Shown piece by piece: positions 50,124 through 61,621 of a stretch of 64,000 nt of DNA (position 1 is the stretch's first letter; the number at the start of each line of letters is the position of its first letter). Origin of the DNA: Kosmotogales bacterium (GTDB taxonomy: Bacteria; Thermotogota; Thermotogae; Petrotogales; Kosmotogaceae); the NCBI GenBank assembly GCA_030156385.1, contig JASGMR010000003.1, positions 250-64,249 on the forward strand, written 5' to 3'. A model generated the notes under the pieces. It saw nothing but the letters and a program-made list of their open reading frames with translations, did not search any database and was not told the origin of the DNA. The position numbers and the translations under genes are program-made.

Positions 50124-51451
50124 TGAATTACGAAGAGACAATAGAATACCTGTATAATAACAGACCGTATGGAAAGATTAAGTACGGTTTGTTCAGGATT
50201 GAGGAACTTCTGACCAGACTTGGAAATCCTCAGAATAATTACAAAATAATTCACATTACCGGTACGAATGGTAAGGGAAGTGTGGCATCTTTTCTTCAGA
50301 ATATTTATAAATCTTCCGGGTATAAAACCGGCTTAAACATTTCACCACATATAATAGATTTCAGAGAGAGGATTCAAATAAACGGAAAAATGATTTCAAA
50401 ATCTGAAGTTGTTGATATTTTGTCACAGATGAAACCCCATATTGATTTGATGGATAAAAAAGGCGAAGAATTTGCTCCGAGTTTTTTTGAAGTTGTGACG
50501 GCTATGGCTTATTTATACTTTATGGAAAATAAGATAGATATAATGATTTCCGAAGTCGGACTTGGTGGAAGATTCGATGCCTCCAATATCGTAGAAAAAC
50601 CGGTTGCCACTGTAATTACTGAAGTATCTCTTGATCATACGAAAACTCTCGGGGGAACAGAATTGGACATTGCTTTTGAGAAAACGGGCATTCTCAAAGA
50701 TAATGTTCCGCTTATTTCAGGAGTTACCAGGCCCTTGATAAAAAAAAGAATCATTGAAAGAGCCGCTGAAAAAAATGTTAAAATTTATTTTTTTAATAAT
50801 GATTATTCTTTCAAAAATTATTTGCCTGAAATAAATAATAATTCAATGGATTATTTCGGTGAGAATGATTTTAAAGATGTTGAGTTTAAAATGAACGGGT
50901 ATTTTCAGGCCAAAAATCTTTCGACAGCTTTGAAAACATTTGAAGTAGTGCAAAAAGAAGCGGGAATACCTATCGATGAAGAAAAAATGAGAAGAGGTAT
51001 ATTAAATACCACCTGGCCAGGAAGATTGGAACTCATGGAATATAAAAACAAAAAAATTATTCTTGATGGGGCGCATAATCTTGATGGAACTATAAATCTG
51101 GTGAATAGTATAGAACAATATTTTCCACGGAAAAAATTTGCACTTCTGTACGGAAGTTTGTCAGATAAAGATTTTTCTGGCAGCATTAATATTTTGAAGA
51201 ATATTGTAAATAGAGTTGTAATTACTAAGGTACCCAGTAACAGATCAAAAAATCCGTACGAAGTATTCTTGCTTTGGAAGAAAAAGGAACAAAATTCTAC
51301 ATACATCGAAAACTTTAAAGAGGCGTTTGACGAAATTATTTCCGAAGACTGTGAAAATTTGCTTTTTACGGGTTCGTTATATTTGATAAGTGAACTCAGA
51401 AATCTCATCCGAAAAGGAGATGAGAAAATTGCTCGCAGGTATAAAATGTAA
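50123..51451 (+). CDS. folC: Folylpolyglutamate synthase/dihydrofolate synthase
   Basis: HITGTNGKGS, EVGLGGRFDASN, WPGRLE, LDGAHN; follows valS. Confidence 0.96.
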   Translation: MNYEETIEYLYNNRPYGKIKYGLFRIEELLTRLGNPQNNYKIIHITGTNGKGSVASFLQNIYKSSGYKTGLNISPHIIDFRERIQINGKMISKSEVVDILSQMKPHIDLMDKKGEEFAPSFFEVVTAMAYLYFMENKIDIMISEVGLGGRFDASNIVEKPVATVITEVSLDHTKTLGGTELDIAFEKTGILKDNVPLISGVTRPLIKKRIIERAAEKNVKIYFFNNDYSFKNYLPEINNNSMDYFGENDFKDVEFKMNGYFQAKNLSTALKTFEVVQKEAGIPIDEEKMRRGILNTTWPGRLELMEYKNKKIILDGAHNLDGTINLVNSIEQYFPRKKFALLYGSLSDKDFSGSINILKNIVNRVVITKVPSNRSKNPYEVFLLWKKKEQNSTYIENFKEAFDEIISEDCENLLFTGSLYLISELRNLIRKGDEKIARRYKM

Positions 51452-52004
51452 GATTCATGAGAAGAAGGAATGGGGAATATTGGCTGAAAACAACGGTTTT
51501 TTCTTTAATATTTTCTGTTCCAACTACACTTTGGAGAAAATAGAAGAGGGCTCCGAGTATATAATTTATACCCATCTTCAAACATCGCAGGATAAATCCC
51601 CACAACTTTATGGCTTTTTTGACAAAAAAGAGGAAAAAATATTTAAAGCTTTGATAAAAGTTAATAAGATCGGTCCAAAGGTGGCGTTGAAACTTCTCTC
51701 ATCATCTACTCCTGATAAAGTAATTGAATATATAGCCACGAAGGATGCGGGAAGTCTGAGCACTCTTCCGGGAATAGGTGCAAAAACCGCCGAGCGATTA
51801 ATAATAGAACTTTCGGGACTGTATGAAACAGTTGAAACCGAAGAAATGAAGGAAGAAAGTTTTGAAGATGCCATAGAAGCCCTGCTGGCTTTGGGATTTG
51901 ACAAAAGAGAAATTACAAAGGCCGTAAAAAAGATTTTTTCCAGAGAAAGAAATTTAGAGAGTTCCGAAATAATAAGGAAAGCCCTGAACATTTTAAAAAA
52001 GTGA
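51429..52004 (+). CDS. ruvA: Holliday junction branch migration protein RuvA
   Basis: LYGF, VNKIGPKVAL, LPGIGAKTAERLIIEL, EALLALGF; TTG start after AAGGAG. Confidence 0.95.
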   Translation: MLAGIKCKIHEKKEWGILAENNGFFFNIFCSNYTLEKIEEGSEYIIYTHLQTSQDKSPQLYGFFDKKEEKIFKALIKVNKIGPKVALKLLSSSTPDKVIEYIATKDAGSLSTLPGIGAKTAERLIIELSGLYETVETEEMKEESFEDAIEALLALGFDKREITKAVKKIFSRERNLESSEIIRKALNILKK

Positions 52005-52068
52005 AAAAGGAAACCCTTTTAAAAATGCATATTTTGATTTATAATATTTTTGTAACGGGAGGTAAGGT

Positions 52069-53394
52069 ATGACCTGTATAATTTTGGCTGCTGGAAAAGG
52101 AACCAGGATGAAATCGAAATATCCGAAGGTACTTCATAAGGTTCTTGATATTCCTATAATAAATTGGGTAGTTGAGACTTCAAAAAAATTGAACCCGGAG
52201 AAAATAATAGTTATAACAGGATACAAAGCGGAGTTAGTTGAAAAAATTCTTCCGGATGATGTTGTTTGTGTCAGACAGGAAGAACAATTAGGAACCGGAC
52301 ACGCCGTAAAGACAGCTTACAATTTTATTCCCGATGATGAAGTTCTGATTTTAAATGGTGACGTTCCCTTCATAAATGAGAAAACAATTAATGAATTTAT
52401 AAAGTTCAGAGAAGAAAACGGGTATCAGGCGGCTGTTTTGTCGATGGTTTTAAAGGACCCTGTACATTACGGAAAGATAATTCATAAAAAAAATAAAATT
52501 GAAATAAAAGAATTCAGAGATATTGTTGACGAAGAAAAAATGATCAATGAAGTCAACAGTGGGATATATTGTTTCGATGGTAAATTTCTGAAAAAAGCAC
52601 TGGAAAATCTTAAGAATAATAATGATCAAAATGAATTTTATCTTACGGACACCCTTGATATGGCGGAAAAATCCGGTGCGATGGTCGTTGAGGATAATTT
52701 TCAGGTTTTGGGAATCAACGATAGAAAAGAACTCATAAAGATGAATCAAGCGATAAAAAACAGAATAAACAATGAATTGATCGAAAATGGAGTGACAATT
52801 TTGGATCCGGAAAACACATGGATTGGACCGAATGTTAAGATCGGTATGGATACAGTCATATATCCTTTCACTTATATAACTGGTAACACAGAAATCGGTG
52901 AAGATTGTATTATAGGCCCAATGACGAGACTTCATGAGAGTACTCTTCAGAATAATGTTATCGTTCAGAGATCTGAAGTGGAGTTTTCAAAAGTGATGCG
53001 GAATGTTTCAATTGGTCCATGGTCAAGGTTGAGAAAAGAAAATGTGATTGAAGAGAATGTGAAAATAGGAGATTTTGTTGAGTTGAAAAAAGCTCATATA
53101 GGAAAAAATTCCAAAGCTCAGCATTTGAGTTATCTGGGCGATGCAACATTAGGAGAAAACGTTAATATAGGTGCAGGTACTATTACCTGTAATTATGATG
53201 GTAAAAACAAGTTCAAAACGAATATTGGTGATGAGGCCTTTATCGGAAGTAACAGTTCCCTGGTCGCACCTGTTAATGTCGGAAAGTCGTCTTTAGTTGG
53301 TGCGGGTTCAGTTATTACCGAAGATGTTCCGGATTATTCCCTTGCGCTTGGAAGAGGAAGACAGATAAATAAAAAAGATAGAATAAAAAAATAA
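52069..53394 (+). CDS. glmU: Bifunctional UDP-GlcNAc pyrophosphorylase/acetyltransferase
   Basis: LAAGKGTRMKS, QLGTGHAV, HLSYLGDA, GTITCNYDG. Confidence 0.97.
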   Translation: MTCIILAAGKGTRMKSKYPKVLHKVLDIPIINWVVETSKKLNPEKIIVITGYKAELVEKILPDDVVCVRQEEQLGTGHAVKTAYNFIPDDEVLILNGDVPFINEKTINEFIKFREENGYQAAVLSMVLKDPVHYGKIIHKKNKIEIKEFRDIVDEEKMINEVNSGIYCFDGKFLKKALENLKNNNDQNEFYLTDTLDMAEKSGAMVVEDNFQVLGINDRKELIKMNQAIKNRINNELIENGVTILDPENTWIGPNVKIGMDTVIYPFTYITGNTEIGEDCIIGPMTRLHESTLQNNVIVQRSEVEFSKVMRNVSIGPWSRLRKENVIEENVKIGDFVELKKAHIGKNSKAQHLSYLGDATLGENVNIGAGTITCNYDGKNKFKTNIGDEAFIGSNSSLVAPVNVGKSSLVGAGSVITEDVPDYSLALGRGRQINKKDRIKK

Positions 53395-53406
53395 TGGAGG
53401 CTTTAT

Positions 53407-54357
53407 ATGTCATTTAACGACAGAGAAATGAAAATTTTTTCTGGATCTTCAAATGTTGGATTAGCAAAAAAAATCTCAGAATATTTGGGAGTTCCGTTGG
53501 GGAATTGTCAATTTTCGACTTTTTCAGACGGAGAGATAAATATTAAAGTGAATGAGACTGTCAGGGGCAGACACGTTTTTATAATACAGTCTACGTGTGG
53601 ACCGGTGAATGAAAATTTAATGGAACTGTTTATTGCAATCGATGCTTTTAAGAGGGCTTCTGCAAAATCCATCAATGCTGTGATTCCGTATTATGGATAT
53701 GCAAGACAGGATAGAAAGGCCCGGGGAAGAGATCCCATAACTGCAAAATTGGTTGCAAATTTGTTGACTGAAGCGGGTTTGTCAAGATTATTAACGATCG
53801 ATCTGCATTCCGAACAAATTCAGGGCTTTTTCGATATCCCCGTTGATAATTTATACAGTTTTCCAGTTTTTTCAGATTATATTTCGAATAGTTTTGTTTG
53901 CCTTGAAGATTGCGTTGTCGTTTCGCCCGATGTCGGAGGAGTAAAAAGAGCGAATAAATTTGCTACAAAACTTGGAATACCTTTAGCTATTCTTGATAAA
54001 AGAAGACCTAAAGATAATTTTGTTGAAATAGTTAACGTAATAGGAGATTTGAGAAAAGTCAAGACAGCTATCTTTTTTGATGATATAATAGACACCGGTC
54101 GTTCTTTGGCAGAAGGAGCAAGCATTATAAAAAGTAAGGGAGTGGAGAAAATTTACTGTTGCGCGACTCACGGAGTTCTTTCTGGAAAGGCCAAAGAATT
54201 AATTCAAAATTCCGTAATAGATGGAGTGTTTATTACTGATACAATACCTCATGCAGAGTTACCTGATAAATTTCATGTTGTCTCTCTTGCGGAACTTTTG
54301 AGTGAAGCGATTTCGAGGGTTTATAATAATGAATCAATCAGTATCATGTTTGAATAG
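53407..54357 (+). CDS. prs: Ribose-phosphate pyrophosphokinase
   Basis: FSDGEI, PYYGYARQDR, SPDVGG, DDIIDTG. Confidence 0.97.
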   Translation: MSFNDREMKIFSGSSNVGLAKKISEYLGVPLGNCQFSTFSDGEINIKVNETVRGRHVFIIQSTCGPVNENLMELFIAIDAFKRASAKSINAVIPYYGYARQDRKARGRDPITAKLVANLLTEAGLSRLLTIDLHSEQIQGFFDIPVDNLYSFPVFSDYISNSFVCLEDCVVVSPDVGGVKRANKFATKLGIPLAILDKRRPKDNFVEIVNVIGDLRKVKTAIFFDDIIDTGRSLAEGASIIKSKGVEKIYCCATHGVLSGKAKELIQNSVIDGVFITDTIPHAELPDKFHVVSLAELLSEAISRVYNNESISIMFE

Positions 54358-54369
54358 AGGAGGATTTAA

Positions 54370-55005
54370 ATGCAAGTTAGAACCATTGAAGCAAAAAAAA
54401 GAGATACGAATAAAAAAGCGAAGCATCTTTTAGAGAAAAATGTTCTTCCCGCTGTTATTTATGGTCCGGATATTGAATCAACGCCTATTGAATTAGATCT
54501 GGTAGAAATTAGAAAATTTATTAATAGTGTAGCCGAAACAACTCCGTTTGAAATTAAAGTGAATGGAGAAAGTCATCATGCGTTTTTAAAATCTATCCAG
54601 AGACACAAGGTTAAGGATAGCTTGATTCATCTTGATTTTTTTGTTCCAGCTAAAGGACATAGAATGGAAGTCAATATTCCTTTAAAGTTCGAAGGAGAAC
54701 CCGTAGGAATTGAAAAGGGTGGTAAATTCCATGTAATTCATAATGAAATTCCAGTTTCGATTCTTCCAAAGGATATTATTGATGAAATAATCGTTGACAT
54801 CAGCGGAATGGATATTGATGATCATATATTAATCAAGGATTTGAAAATTCCCGAAAGCTTCAGACTTAGACTTGAAGAAGACGAAGCGGTTGCAATTTTG
54901 GAACATCCAAAATTAATGGCTGAAGCGGAAGTTTCCGAAGAAGGTGTAGAAGTAGAAACAATTAAAGAACAAGAAGGAAGCGAAGAAGAAACGTCTGAAA
55001 AATAA
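54370..55005 (+). CDS. rplY: 50S ribosomal protein L25/Ctc
   Basis: PAVIYG, IQRH, HLDF, acidic tail; prs-rplY-pth order. Confidence 0.95.
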   Translation: MQVRTIEAKKRDTNKKAKHLLEKNVLPAVIYGPDIESTPIELDLVEIRKFINSVAETTPFEIKVNGESHHAFLKSIQRHKVKDSLIHLDFFVPAKGHRMEVNIPLKFEGEPVGIEKGGKFHVIHNEIPVSILPKDIIDEIIVDISGMDIDDHILIKDLKIPESFRLRLEEDEAVAILEHPKLMAEAEVSEEGVEVETIKEQEGSEEETSEK

Positions 55006-55574
55006 TGAAATTAATAATAGGATTGGGAAATCCAGGCCCACGTTATGTATTCACCAGACATAACGTGGGTTTCCTTTACGTGGATAGAATAGTTGAGAAG
55101 TTTAAATTTAAAAAAATTAAAACAACAAAATTGTATGAATCCTTCATGGGAGAAATAGAGGGAAAATCTGTTATTCTTGCCAAACCGATGACTTTTATGA
55201 ATCTGAGTGGTCTGGCTGTGAAAGATCTATTGTTTTCAAACGATTTGTTACCGGAAGATATGCTACTGGTTTACGATGATATATGGTTGAACCTTGGAAG
55301 GATAAGAATAAGAAAAAAGGGTAGTGCCGGAGGGCACAATGGACTTAAATCTGTTATTAACTATATCAACACTGAATTTTTTAAGAGAATAAGAATAGGA
55401 ATTGGCCCGCTTAACGATAATGAAGATTTAATCGGATATGTTCTGGGAGAGTTCAGTAACGATGACTTACAAATACTATGGAAAGTTATAGATAGATCTA
55501 TTGAAGCGACGGTAGATATTTTAAAAAACAGTATCGATAAAGTTATGAACAATTACAATGGAGAGGTTCAGTAA
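55005..55574 (+). CDS. pth: Peptidyl-tRNA hydrolase
   Basis: [30 protein letters not shown]. Confidence 0.97.
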   Translation: MKLIIGLGNPGPRYVFTRHNVGFLYVDRIVEKFKFKKIKTTKLYESFMGEIEGKSVILAKPMTFMNLSGLAVKDLLFSNDLLPEDMLLVYDDIWLNLGRIRIRKKGSAGGHNGLKSVINYINTEFFKRIRIGIGPLNDNEDLIGYVLGEFSNDDLQILWKVIDRSIEATVDILKNSIDKVMNNYNGEVQ

Positions 55575-57577
55575 TGATTTTCGAATTGACTACAAAGATG
55601 ATACCTCAGGGCGATCAGGAACAGGCGATAGAGAAATTGGTAGAAGGCTTGAACAGAGGAGACAAATATCAAACTTTATTGGGTGTCACAGGTTCCGGGA
55701 AAACATTCACCATAGCCAATGTTCTTCAGAGAGTTCAGAGACCGGCGCTTGTAATTTCTCCAAATAAGACCCTTGTTACACAACTATTCAGAGAATTCAG
55801 AGGTTTCTTCAAAAATAATAAAATCGAGTTGTTTATCAGTTATTACGATTATTATCAACCGGAAGCGTATATTCCTTCCAAAGATATGTATATAGAAAAA
55901 GATGCTCAGATAAATGAGACTATTGAAAGAATGCGAATATCCGCATTAAAAAGTGTTTTAACGAGAAATGACACCGTTGTTGCGGCAAGTGTTTCGGCCA
56001 TTTATGCCAGTGGTAATCCCGATGATTTCAGGGGACTAAATATAAATCTTGAAGTTGGAAATACGATAACGAGAAAAGAACTGACAAAAAGATTGGTGGC
56101 AATTCAATACAACAGATCTGAGGATATTGCTTCTGCGGGTGTTTTTCACATTAAGGGAGATGTTTTTGAAATTTATCCTCCGTATGAAGAATACGGTATA
56201 AGAGTTTATTTTTTTGATAATGAAATAGAGAAGATAACAACTTTTGATTATGTCAACAGGAGTAAAATTGAAGAGTTTGATAAGATCACTATTTATCCTG
56301 CTAAAGAATTCGTAACTCCGGAAGAGAAAATCAATAGATCTTTGAAGGCGATAGAAGCTGAGTTGAATATGAGGGTAAAAGAGTTCGAAGCGAACGGTAA
56401 ACTTCTCGAGGCCCAGAGATTAAAGCAGAGAACCATATACGATATAGAAATGTTGTCCACTATGGGGTATTGTTCTGGGATAGAAAATTATTCGCGATTC
56501 TTTGACGGAAGAAACCCCGGAGATCCCCCTTTCACCTTGATGAATTATTTTGATAAAGATTATATTTGTATTATTGACGAATCACATGTTGCTGTTCCTC
56601 AGCTTCGGGCAATGTATAGAGGGGATTATTCGAGAAAAAAAAATCTGGTTGAATATGGCTTCAGAATTCCCTCTGCTTTTGATAACAGACCGTTGAAGTT
56701 CGAGGAAATATTAAAAAGAATGGGGCAGGTGATTTTTGTTTCAGCAACCCCAGGGGATTTTGAGCTCGATAATTCAACTCAAATCGTTGACCAGGTTATA
56801 AGACCCACGGGTTTGGTCGATCCTGAAGTTGTAGTAAAACCTACGGAGAATCAGGTCGATGATTTCATAGATGAAATGGAGAAAGTTATAGATAGAAAAG
56901 AAAGGGCCCTTGTTACTGTGTTGACGAAAAAAACAGCCGAAATGATGAGTACTTATTTGAATGAGATGGGTATAAAATCAGAATATTTGCATTCGGAACT
57001 TGATACAATTGAAAGGGCGGAGGTGCTTAAGCAACTTAGAGAAGGAACGATAGATGTTGTTGTAGGCGTTAACCTTCTGAGAGAGGGCCTTGATCTGCCG
57101 GAAGTTTCTTTAGTCGCGATTATGGATGCCGATAAAGAAGGATTTTTAAGATCTGAAATCACTCTTATTCAAACTATAGGAAGAGCGGCCAGAAACATAA
57201 ATGGTAGAGTACTGTTATATGCGGACAGGATAACCGGTTCGATGGAAAGGGCCATAACCGAAACGAACCGGAGAAGAGAAAAACAGATTCTATACAATGA
57301 ACTCAATGGAATCACACCGGAATCTATCAGAAAACCTATTTACGATAATGTTTTTTCTGAGTTCATCTCAGATAATGAAAAAGTAGAAGAGGCCAAGGAT
57401 AAATATATGGGTGGTATTTTTGCACTCAAAGAAAGTTTGGAAACTGAGGACTATGCTGCTATACTTGAAGAAGAAATGTTGAGGGCATCGAGTGAACTGA
57501 GATTCGAAGATGCGGCCACGTTGAGAGATGAGTTGTATAAGGCCAAACGTAATATTAAAAAAGGTGATACGAAATGA
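55574..57577 (+). CDS. uvrB: Excinuclease ABC subunit B
   Basis: [44 protein letters not shown]. Confidence 0.98.
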   Translation: MIFELTTKMIPQGDQEQAIEKLVEGLNRGDKYQTLLGVTGSGKTFTIANVLQRVQRPALVISPNKTLVTQLFREFRGFFKNNKIELFISYYDYYQPEAYIPSKDMYIEKDAQINETIERMRISALKSVLTRNDTVVAASVSAIYASGNPDDFRGLNINLEVGNTITRKELTKRLVAIQYNRSEDIASAGVFHIKGDVFEIYPPYEEYGIRVYFFDNEIEKITTFDYVNRSKIEEFDKITIYPAKEFVTPEEKINRSLKAIEAELNMRVKEFEANGKLLEAQRLKQRTIYDIEMLSTMGYCSGIENYSRFFDGRNPGDPPFTLMNYFDKDYICIIDESHVAVPQLRAMYRGDYSRKKNLVEYGFRIPSAFDNRPLKFEEILKRMGQVIFVSATPGDFELDNSTQIVDQVIRPTGLVDPEVVVKPTENQVDDFIDEMEKVIDRKERALVTVLTKKTAEMMSTYLNEMGIKSEYLHSELDTIERAEVLKQLREGTIDVVVGVNLLREGLDLPEVSLVAIMDADKEGFLRSEITLIQTIGRAARNINGRVLLYADRITGSMERAITETNRRREKQILYNELNGITPESIRKPIYDNVFSEFISDNEKVEEAKDKYMGGIFALKESLETEDYAAILEEEMLRASSELRFEDAATLRDELYKAKRNIKKGDTK

Positions 57578-58014
57578 AAACAGTAGTTACAAATCGAAAA
57601 GCCAGATTTCAATATTTTTTGCTTGAGAAATGGGAAGCGGGAGTGTCTTTAAAGGGGACGGAAGTTAAATCTTTAAGAGAAGGTGCGGCTTCATTAAATG
57701 AGTCCTATTGTAAGATTGAAGGGAATGAGGTGTTTTTGTTGGAGTCCAATATTACTCCCTATAATCAGGGGAATATATGGAATCATGATCCAAAAAGAAA
57801 AAGAAAACTTCTCATGCATAAAAAAGAAATTTTAAAGATCAAACAGAAGTTGATGGAAAAAGGGTTGACTTTGATTCCCGTGAAAATATATTTTAATGAT
57901 AAAGGGAAAGCGAAAGTGGAAGTTGCTTTAGCCAAGGGGAAAAAATTATACGATAAAAGAGAAACCATACAGAAAAGAGATACGGAGAGAAGGTTGAGAG
58001 GAAAAGAATATTGA
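57574..58014 (+). CDS. smpB: SsrA-binding protein
   Basis: [29 protein letters not shown]. Confidence 0.97.
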   Translation: MKTVVTNRKARFQYFLLEKWEAGVSLKGTEVKSLREGAASLNESYCKIEGNEVFLLESNITPYNQGNIWNHDPKRKRKLLMHKKEILKIKQKLMEKGLTLIPVKIYFNDKGKAKVEVALAKGKKLYDKRETIQKRDTERRLRGKEY

Positions 58015-58026
58015 GGGGTGATCTGG

Positions 58027-59124
58027 ATGTCTTTGGCAGATAAGATAGTTATTAAAAGTAACCCAATGGTTGATTTGCTGACATCGATAGTCAGGATGAT
58101 GAACAACGATTATATCAATAAAATTGCTTCTGAAACTTATGGCATCGGGTATAAAAGGGATGAATATATACAATACTGGGTGGAAGAAAATAGTTTGAAA
58201 TTGCCCAATTATATCCTGGACATTCAAAAAAAATTTATAAAAGAAATTCTAATATTTCAAGGTTTCACATTCGATTTTTATTTCAACGATATCGATACTA
58301 TTGAAAAAGCTAATGAATATTTATCTGCTCTTCCGGCTAAAGAGATTGTAAAAAGTATATTGGGATTTGTTGCCAATTCGGACCCTATCGAAGATATAAA
58401 AGACAGTTTATTTAATGATGACAGGGAAAAAATATTATTTCTCAAAGATTTGAAAACGTTGAACGCCTTTCAGAAATCTTATATCCTTGATTTTCTTGAT
58501 AATCCCGAAGAAATCAAGGAAGATATAATAAAAATAATAAATTTTTATTACGATAATTTTTTCAGAGAGAGGGAAAAGGAAATTGTTCAGATAAATATTG
58601 ATTACAGCGATTTAATAAAACAGAATATAAAAAAGTTGGGGGATAATTATATAAAAAGTTTGTTTTTAATGGATATCTCCTCAGTATTAGAAGAAAGTCA
58701 GGAAATAGGTATCTATGCAAATTATTTTTTTGGTTTATACAGGGACGTTCTCATTTCTAAGAAAGATGAAGAAGAGGAAACGTTCAAAAATAACGAAAGG
58801 ATACTCTTGATTATAGGATATAATCTGGTTAAAAATATCAGTATAAAACAAAATCCCGAATCGATTTTAACTAAAGTTTTTTCAAATCTTTCAAATGAAA
58901 AGACGCTTAAAATACTCAAATTTTTGGATAACAACGAGTCAGAGAAAAGAGAAATTTCCGATAGATTGGGAATGACTATCGATGAAATAAATTTTGCTGT
59001 GGGTTTTTTGCTTTCGGCAAATATAATCAATATAGAACTGGGTCGAAAATTGACTTATCAGTTTTCCTCTAAAGCTTTTATAGAAAAGATAAGTAAAATT
59101 CTTTCGGATTTTTTTAATAAGTAA
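58027..59124 (+). CDS. Putative transcriptional regulator with C-terminal ArsR-like wHTH
   Basis: C-terminal FSNLSNEKTLKILKFL..EISDRLGM..L..ANII pattern. Confidence 0.55.
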   Translation: MSLADKIVIKSNPMVDLLTSIVRMMNNDYINKIASETYGIGYKRDEYIQYWVEENSLKLPNYILDIQKKFIKEILIFQGFTFDFYFNDIDTIEKANEYLSALPAKEIVKSILGFVANSDPIEDIKDSLFNDDREKILFLKDLKTLNAFQKSYILDFLDNPEEIKEDIIKIINFYYDNFFREREKEIVQINIDYSDLIKQNIKKLGDNYIKSLFLMDISSVLEESQEIGIYANYFFGLYRDVLISKKDEEEETFKNNERILLIIGYNLVKNISIKQNPESILTKVFSNLSNEKTLKILKFLDNNESEKREISDRLGMTIDEINFAVGFLLSANIINIELGRKLTYQFSSKAFIEKISKILSDFFNK

Positions 59125-59211
59125 ACAGGATAAAATCCACAATCAATTTCTATTTTACATTTTTAAATGATAAAATTGTAGGGAAAAACTCTGCGAAGGA
59201 GTGTGGTCTCT

Positions 59212-60213
59212 ATGGTCAAAGCATTGATAATGGCGGGCGGTGTTGGTGAAAGATTGTGGCCACTCAGTACTGACGAGAAGCCAAAACAATTTCATTGTTT
59301 TGGATCACAGAGAATGATGATTGAAAAAACCATAGACAGAATAAAAAATATCGTTGATGAAATATTCATAATTACGACAAAAGACCAATCTGAGCTTTTT
59401 CACAGATATTTGAGAGATTTTCCAAAAGAAAATATTATTTCAGAACCCGCGAGGAAAAACACGGGTCCTGCCATAGTTTTTGGCTCTGCAGGAATGGATG
59501 AAGAAGATATTATGGTTGTTCTTCCGGCGGATCATATAATTAAAGATATCGATTTATTTCAAAAGACTGTACTCGCTGCAATAGAAGAGGCTAAAAAATA
59601 CGATGAGTTGATTACAATAGGTGTTTCACCTACCGAACCAAACACGGGATATGGATATATAGAACGTGGAGAATTAATCAACGAAGAAAACAATATTTAT
59701 AAAGTTAAGATGTTTCATGAAAAACCCGATTTAGAAATGGCCAGAGCTTATATAATGTCCAAAAATTTTTACTGGAATTCCGGTATGTTTATCTGGAAAA
59801 AGAAAGTTTTGATAAATGCCGTTCAGAAACGAATACCGGATGTTTATCAGGGGTATCTGGATTATCTGAATAATCCGGAAAAATTTGAAGAGATATATTC
59901 TAAATTACCCTCGATATCTATAGATTTTGGAATAATGGAGAAGTCAACAAATGTAGAGGTCATTCCGGGAAATTTTTACTGGAACGATGTCGGAAGTTGG
60001 TTTTCGGTTTATGATATTGAAAAAAAGGATTCTATGGGAAATGCTGTTATCGGGAAATTCAAATTAAACGAAGTTTCAAACAGCTTATTAATCAATTATA
60101 TGGATAATGTAGTTGGAATTACTAATTTAAGCAACGTTGTCGTTGTGGTTTCCGAAGATGGAATACTTATTTCAGATATAAACAAAACTCAAAATGTGAA
60201 AAAATTATTATAA
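59212..60213 (+). CDS. manC: Mannose-1-phosphate guanylyltransferase
   Basis: MAGGVGERLWPLS..PKQF, EPARKNTGPA, PADH, WNSGMF, WNDVGSW. Confidence 0.95.
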   Translation: MVKALIMAGGVGERLWPLSTDEKPKQFHCFGSQRMMIEKTIDRIKNIVDEIFIITTKDQSELFHRYLRDFPKENIISEPARKNTGPAIVFGSAGMDEEDIMVVLPADHIIKDIDLFQKTVLAAIEEAKKYDELITIGVSPTEPNTGYGYIERGELINEENNIYKVKMFHEKPDLEMARAYIMSKNFYWNSGMFIWKKKVLINAVQKRIPDVYQGYLDYLNNPEKFEEIYSKLPSISIDFGIMEKSTNVEVIPGNFYWNDVGSWFSVYDIEKKDSMGNAVIGKFKLNEVSNSLLINYMDNVVGITNLSNVVVVVSEDGILISDINKTQNVKKLL

Positions 60214-60226
60214 ACGGGGTGAGAAA

Positions 60227-61612
60227 ATGGAGAAGAGGATTGATGAAATAGTTCTTACGATGCGCGAGGATATAATCAAAGGAGTTCAAAGATTGGTTAA
60301 AATTAAATCTGATGAGGGAGAGCCTGAAGAAGGGGCCCCCTTTGGAGAGGGTCCTCTTGAAGCTTTGAAAGAAGCGCTGAAAATGGGAAAAGAACTCGGT
60401 TTTGAAACAAAAAATGTTGATAATTATGCCGGTCATATTCAATACGGGAACAGTGGGGAATTATTTGGTGTTTTGGGACATCTAGATGTAGTTCCGGCAG
60501 GTATCGGTTGGAAACATCCTCCCTACAATGCGGAGATTGAAGATGGAAAAATTTACGGCAGAGGTACTGCTGATGATAAAGGTCCTGTTGTTGCAGCGCT
60601 TTTCGCATTGAAAGCAGTAAAAGATTCCGGTATTCCTATAAAAAACAGAGTCAGATTGATCATGGGAACTCAGGAAGAATCCGGCTGGGGTGGTATACTT
60701 CACTATTTGAACAAAGAAGAGGAACCTGAAATGTCAGTTTCGCCTGATGCAGGGTTTCCAATTATTAATGCTGAAAAAGGTATCGTTAACTATTCATTTA
60801 AATCAAAAATTGATGACTGGAAAGATGGTTTGAAATTGAAATCTTTGAATTGCGGTGAGGCATCGAATATGGTTGCAATGGATTCGTATGCTACCATAGA
60901 GAATTTTTCCGATGAAGATCTTCAAATCATAAAGGACTTTAAACCTTATAATGAAGCTATTTTAGATTATGAAATCAAGGGAAAAGAGATAATCATTCAT
61001 TTCAAAGGAAAATCTGCACACGGCTCGATGCCGCATCTTGGGATAAGCTCATTGGCTGCAATGGTTCATTTGTTGGCATCTTTGAATTTTTCAAGTGATA
61101 AGCTGAATTTATATTTTAAAACTATAAATGAAAAATTGGGATATGAGATGGATGGCAGATCTCTTGGTATATCTGGTTCTGATAACACTTCTGGTCCATT
61201 AACGGTTAATTCCGGAACTTTGAAGTTGAAAAATAATGAACTTGAATATGTAATAAACATAAGATACCCGATATTTTTTAATGAGAAAATGATAAATTCG
61301 CAAATAAAAGAAGCCCTGAAGGGTATAGAAGTCGAAGGATCGAATCATAAAGAACCTCTGTATGTATCGCCGGACAGTGATCTCATTGTTCTGTTAAGAG
61401 AAGTGTACGAAGAAATGACCGGGCTCGATTCCGAACCATTTTCCATAGGTGGTGGCACATATGCTAGAGCGGTGAAAAATGCCGTTGCATTTGGGATTTG
61501 CTTCCCCGATGACGAAGATATTGCGCATAAGCCCGATGAATATGTAGAGATTGACAAATTGATGACCTCCGCGAGAATTTATGCTCAGCTTCTTTACAGG
61601 GTATTGAAGTAG
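60227..61612 (+). CDS. pepV: M20 dipeptidase PepV
   Basis: GHLDVVP, GRGTADDKGP, EES, GKSAHGS, GGGTYAR. Confidence 0.93.
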   Translation: MEKRIDEIVLTMREDIIKGVQRLVKIKSDEGEPEEGAPFGEGPLEALKEALKMGKELGFETKNVDNYAGHIQYGNSGELFGVLGHLDVVPAGIGWKHPPYNAEIEDGKIYGRGTADDKGPVVAALFALKAVKDSGIPIKNRVRLIMGTQEESGWGGILHYLNKEEEPEMSVSPDAGFPIINAEKGIVNYSFKSKIDDWKDGLKLKSLNCGEASNMVAMDSYATIENFSDEDLQIIKDFKPYNEAILDYEIKGKEIIIHFKGKSAHGSMPHLGISSLAAMVHLLASLNFSSDKLNLYFKTINEKLGYEMDGRSLGISGSDNTSGPLTVNSGTLKLKNNELEYVINIRYPIFFNEKMINSQIKEALKGIEVEGSNHKEPLYVSPDSDLIVLLREVYEEMTGLDSEPFSIGGGTYARAVKNAVAFGICFPDDEDIAHKPDEYVEIDKLMTSARIYAQLLYRVLK

Positions 61613-61621
61613 GTAAGAATA